Positions 59,968 to 64,000 of a DNA stretch of 64,000 nucleotides are shown piece after piece; the stretch's first letter is position 1, and each line of letters starts with the position of its first letter. The notes under the pieces are model-generated. The model saw only the letters and a program-made list of their open reading frames with translations. It was not told the DNA's origin and made no database searches. The position numbers and the translations under genes were made by a program. The stretch is from Thalia democratica (Eukaryota), in NCBI GenBank assembly GCA_965202585.1, contig OZ241833.1, forward strand, positions 42,408,001-42,472,000, written 5' to 3'.

Positions 59968-61250
59968 CTGTTGGGAATTGATATAATTTTAACTTCTTTT
60001 CATACGTAATCTGATGTTGTTTGGAAATTAGATAGAAATACGTGAAATTAAATTTTTTTGTTATATAGTGAGAGTAGCACTAAAATTGTCTATATATTTT
60101 TTTTTGTTAAAATTTAGTTTATGACAGAAGAGCCCTAAAAATTAAAAGTTTGTTTTGTTTTTAGAATCTGTCACTAGAAAGTCTTAATATTGATTTTCCT
60201 TTTTAGTATTAAAGTTGGGAACTTTTATTGCTTAACTTAGACCTAAAAGTAGAATATAATAATGTTTTTAGAGGTCATACGACAAGGATTTAAAATCTTT
60301 AGTTACAAATTAAAAAAAAGTAGGAACACCAAGTCTAGCTTTGTTATAAGAACAAAAAAATATATTAATTTACAACAATACTAGTATTGTAGTTTATTTA
60401 TTAAGCTATATAACACAACAATAAATAATAATCAAGTTTGCTAAGTTTGATTTTCGACTTTATTTTCAAGATATAAATTAATGTACTTTACCTTTACTAC
60501 TAACGAGTATGAAATAAAGCTAACATACTTAATTCTAGTATGTATTAAAAAAAAAATTTGTCAGAATATATATCTATTTTTTACTCTTTTAAGTTTAATC
60601 TTTTCATGGAAAAAAAACCGTTTTTATACCTATTTCGTTCATAACAAAATTGTTAAATTATCTAAAATTTGATAAAGCATTTTTTAGTTGCACGCAGTTT
60701 TTATAAAGTATGCTTAATGTAATTTTTTTTGAATAATCAATAAATTTTTTCTTTAAATTAACTTAAATCTATATTTTTAGTTTTGTATTTACAGCACTCA
60801 ACTAAACTCTACTTAACATTATAACTAAGCTTTAAAACTATGAAAATTGTAAACAAAAACAAGTTACTTTTAGCCAAGAAACAAACGTGATTATAAAATT
60901 TTTCATTCAATATACAAAAACAATATATTGTAATGAACAAGTGTATTTCGTGTAAAAAGTCCGTTTGTTACACGAAAAAACCACTATAAAAATAGATTAT
61001 AAATCCTAATTTTTCAATACAAAATATCATCATCAGTATTGTTACAGATCAGAGTTGTCAAAGCGCTCATAATTATTATACCATTTTAGCATTGAAGCGT
61101 ATAATTTTTTGTTAGTTGTAAGTTAACAAATTTAGCATTGCCTTTTAACAAGTGTTCTGCAGACATATTAGCATCAGTTGGTTGGTTTTAAACGGAGCAG
61201 AAACTGAGCAATGTGAGGTTGTTTTCAGTTAGAAAGGACAAAGTTTGTCA

Positions 61251-61375
61251 CTAAAGTGAGTTTGTTGTGATTCTGTTGTTTAGGCGCTGAAATATGAGCT
61301 GCTCAGTTTGTAGCTCCTGTTTCACAGTGTAGGTATGAACCATGGGCGGTATTTGACTAGGTTCCTGTGCGACCC
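61251..61375 (-). CDS. Candidate terminal exon of an unidentified minus-strand gene
   Basis: Acceptor TTCCAATGTATTCAG| followed by a GC-richer open frame (G)VAQEPSQIPPMVHTYTVKQELQTEQLIFQRLNNRITTNSL*. No upstream exon could be linked. Confidence 0.3.
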
Positions 61376-62924
61376 CTGAATACATTGGAATAAACATAAT
61401 AAAAAAAACAGTTGAATATGGTTTTCCTATAACACAGATTAGTAAAGTTATACATTTAACAGTTAATGTTTCAATGAGTAAATTTGTTTTATATTTCAGC
61501 AAAAACAAAGTATTTTTATAATTTTTTCTATAGAAACAAATAAACAATAACAACATTTTTATTTTGTACAAAGAAAGCGTAGGTTTATATTTTTTTTTGT
61601 AGATAAAAAGTACATACGAGCACATTAATAAAAAACGATTTATTAAAAATTAGCCAATAAAAAGTGTTTTTAAAAACAATTTTTGAATGTTTTTACACCT
61701 CAAACGGTTTCCTTTTTAGTAAAGAGAACCATTGACCAGTTATCGGGTTGTTTTACTTTTACAACATTAAACTTATTAATCTTTCATTAAGTTGTAAAAT
61801 AGTTGCGCACTTCTGATGTTTGTTATTTTTAACATATTTAACTTGTTTTTTGAACTAAATTTCGTTTTTATTTAAATAATTTCAAGTGGAGAAGTTTGAC
61901 ATTCTAGTTTGTTGGCACACCGTTAAATATTTTTTATTACTACTAGGACATATTTTTTAATTATTGCTTTGTTCTTAATTACTTATGTATAAAAGTGTTC
62001 GTTATACATGTTAACTTCACAATTTATGGCGAGTTTTTACATTGTCAACAACAACAGGACTGAAGTTTATATTACAATTATCTTACTAAAAATTAAAGAA
62101 CTAAAATGCTTATTAAAACTTTGCACTCTATTTTACTAATTTTTCAAGTTCAAATATTTTGATATGCCTGAGAAGATTTTAGACAGTAAGGTAGTTAAAA
62201 TAATGAAATTTTCTAAAATTCTTTATCAAAAGCTATCATACAAAATACACAACTATTTAACAAAGTAATTGTGATACCCTACTAAAATATTTCTAGACAC
62301 GGACACTGGTATACACAAAGAAGCTAATAGTGTAAGTCAGTCTTAGCTAAAAAGCTGAAAAAATCTTAGTCAGCAGGTTTTTCAAAGCTTTTTTTTTATA
62401 TCCATATCCATAACTTGCTTTACCCAAACAAATCAAAAATTAATCAAAAAGTAGATTTTAAATAACAAATAAAAATAACCTGAATAAAAGCTTCTTTTTT
62501 TTTTTTGCTTACTCAGCTTTTTGTCAGCTCAGACTGACCGCTAAGCATATAAGCCTTTTGAATCTGTTACTGACTTTTCGTTCGGGCAGAAGTATCAATT
62601 AAATTTATTTCTACATGATTCGCTTCTATTAATACTTGATTGCTACTTATTATAAACCCTTGGTACTCAGCTTTTAATCCAAATATTTTTAGTTTATATT
62701 AACTTTTTCAGTAACACTTTGCTAATCTAAGTTTTAGTTGACATTTTGTTTTCAATTATACTCGTGTCAATTTGTTGTGCTCTGTTTTACTCGCCTTGTT
62801 AAAATTAGTAGATTAATTTATATAAAGTGTTTTTTTTACTCCTATTTAAATGAGGTACAGTTTACTCACTCATAACATATTACAGACAAAGTCGATAAGT
62901 CTCCAAGCAGGGAAACTCCCAGGC

Positions 62925-63300
62925 CAAGACGGTCAGTCCAGACTAGGTAAAAGTCAGTTTTTTAGTGCTAAAAAATCCCCAACAGTAGGTAATTAATCAG
63001 GGTATCCCATACTTTTTTACAAATGGCCCCCTTTAAAAATTAAAAAAGTCATGGCCCACTTTTACCAAGATTACTCAAAAACTACCATAAAAAACCTAAC
63101 ATCTCTTTTTTTTTGCTCGTCATCAGCAACTCCAGAATATCTAGTGCAAGTTTCAAATTATGACCTCATGCCCCTCCTGTAACTCCCTTGCCGCTCTAAC
63201 CTCAATGGGGCCACTTAAAGAAACCCTGATTTGTATCCTACTGCCGGGGATTTTATAACGCTAATCTGCTTTTTACCAAGTCTGGGTCAGCCCGTGTGAT
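62925..63300. mobile_element. Foldback element with about 75-bp imperfect arms and a CAGGGT...ACCCTG-bounded core
   Basis: CCAGACTAGGTAAAAGTCAG...AAAATCCCCAACAGTAGG...AATCAGGGT on the left is mirrored by ACCCTGATT...CCTACTGCCGGGGATTTT...CTGCTTTTTACCAAGTCTGG on the right. Confidence 0.6.
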
Positions 63301-64000
63301 GGCGGACAACAGTATAAAGGGGAACAACCCTTCGTTTAAATTTTATCATAAAAATATTACCTTAATTTGTTATTTGAATGTTCATATTGTTTCATTTGGT
63401 TATATCTTACCTGAACTAAAACAAGTTGTCATCGTAAGAACGACTAGCTAAAACAATTTTTTAGAAGTTTGATATGTGAAATTATAAATGTGATTAATTT
63501 AACCAACGGTAGAAACACTTATTTATTTATCCGCTAGTTGGGAGCAAATATCCGACTGAGATTTTATATCAATGATTTACAACTAAACAAGCATAAATGA
63601 AAAACTTGATATTAACTGTTAAGTTAACTTTAAAAAATATATTTTAATTAATTTAATTAAAACCACTAGAAGCTAGTTCATATCCATAAAATTCAAAAAA
63701 GTTTGTATAACAAACAAATACTATTAAACCTAACACTTACCTATATACACTTAAAAAATATCCATTTAGTATTAAAAACGCATAAGCAATATTTTAATTA
63801 TTTTAATTTATTATGTAACATTTAAACGTTAGTTTTTAAATCTATTGTCACAAAATAAACTTGAACTACAACTTAGATTATAATTATGTTGAAGTATTTT
63901 TTCATGATTAAATTAGTAAAATTTTGTAATTAGCTTTTAAGCTTATTTTTTTATTAAAAATAATTAAGAAACAATCATAAACATGTTATGCACATCGCTT

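Noticed and set aside
62910-62920. NF-kB-like site GGGAAACTCCC
   Set aside because: A single short motif next to a repeat element; not significant alone.

Overview
Very AT-rich eukaryotic (animal-like) genomic DNA with GT-AG introns. Nothing prokaryotic was seen: no operons, rRNA, tRNA or CRISPR. An invertebrate, possibly a tunicate, is my inference only. I assembled four spliced genes by hand, checking splice phase at each junction. (1) The 3' part of a + strand gene (about 164-3208) with seven tandem 84-bp symmetric exons encoding a 28-aa acidic repeat and a C-terminal NLS-like motif. (2) A 3-exon minus-strand gene (14849-12137) for a 241-aa signal-peptide-bearing, extremely basic protein, with a CpG-rich promoter-like region and two RFX X-boxes upstream. 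(3) An 11-exon SLC49A3/MFSD7-like MFS transporter (26997-41793, 524 aa) in which three exon boundaries have been tandemly duplicated. (4) A 10-exon minus-strand gene (57789-47888, 605 aa) with a CARD-like death-fold domain, coiled coil and six-bladed Kelch propeller. This is an unusual architecture and the best candidate for an undescribed immune sensor or adaptor; a decayed paralogous Kelch exon lies upstream. Mobile DNA includes a young 5'-truncated Penelope-like retroelement with a 12-bp TSD and a G3:C8-variant minimal hammerhead ribozyme, pogo-, hAT- and MULE-type MITEs, foldback elements and LINE remnants. No searches were run, so all family assignments come from motif recognition.
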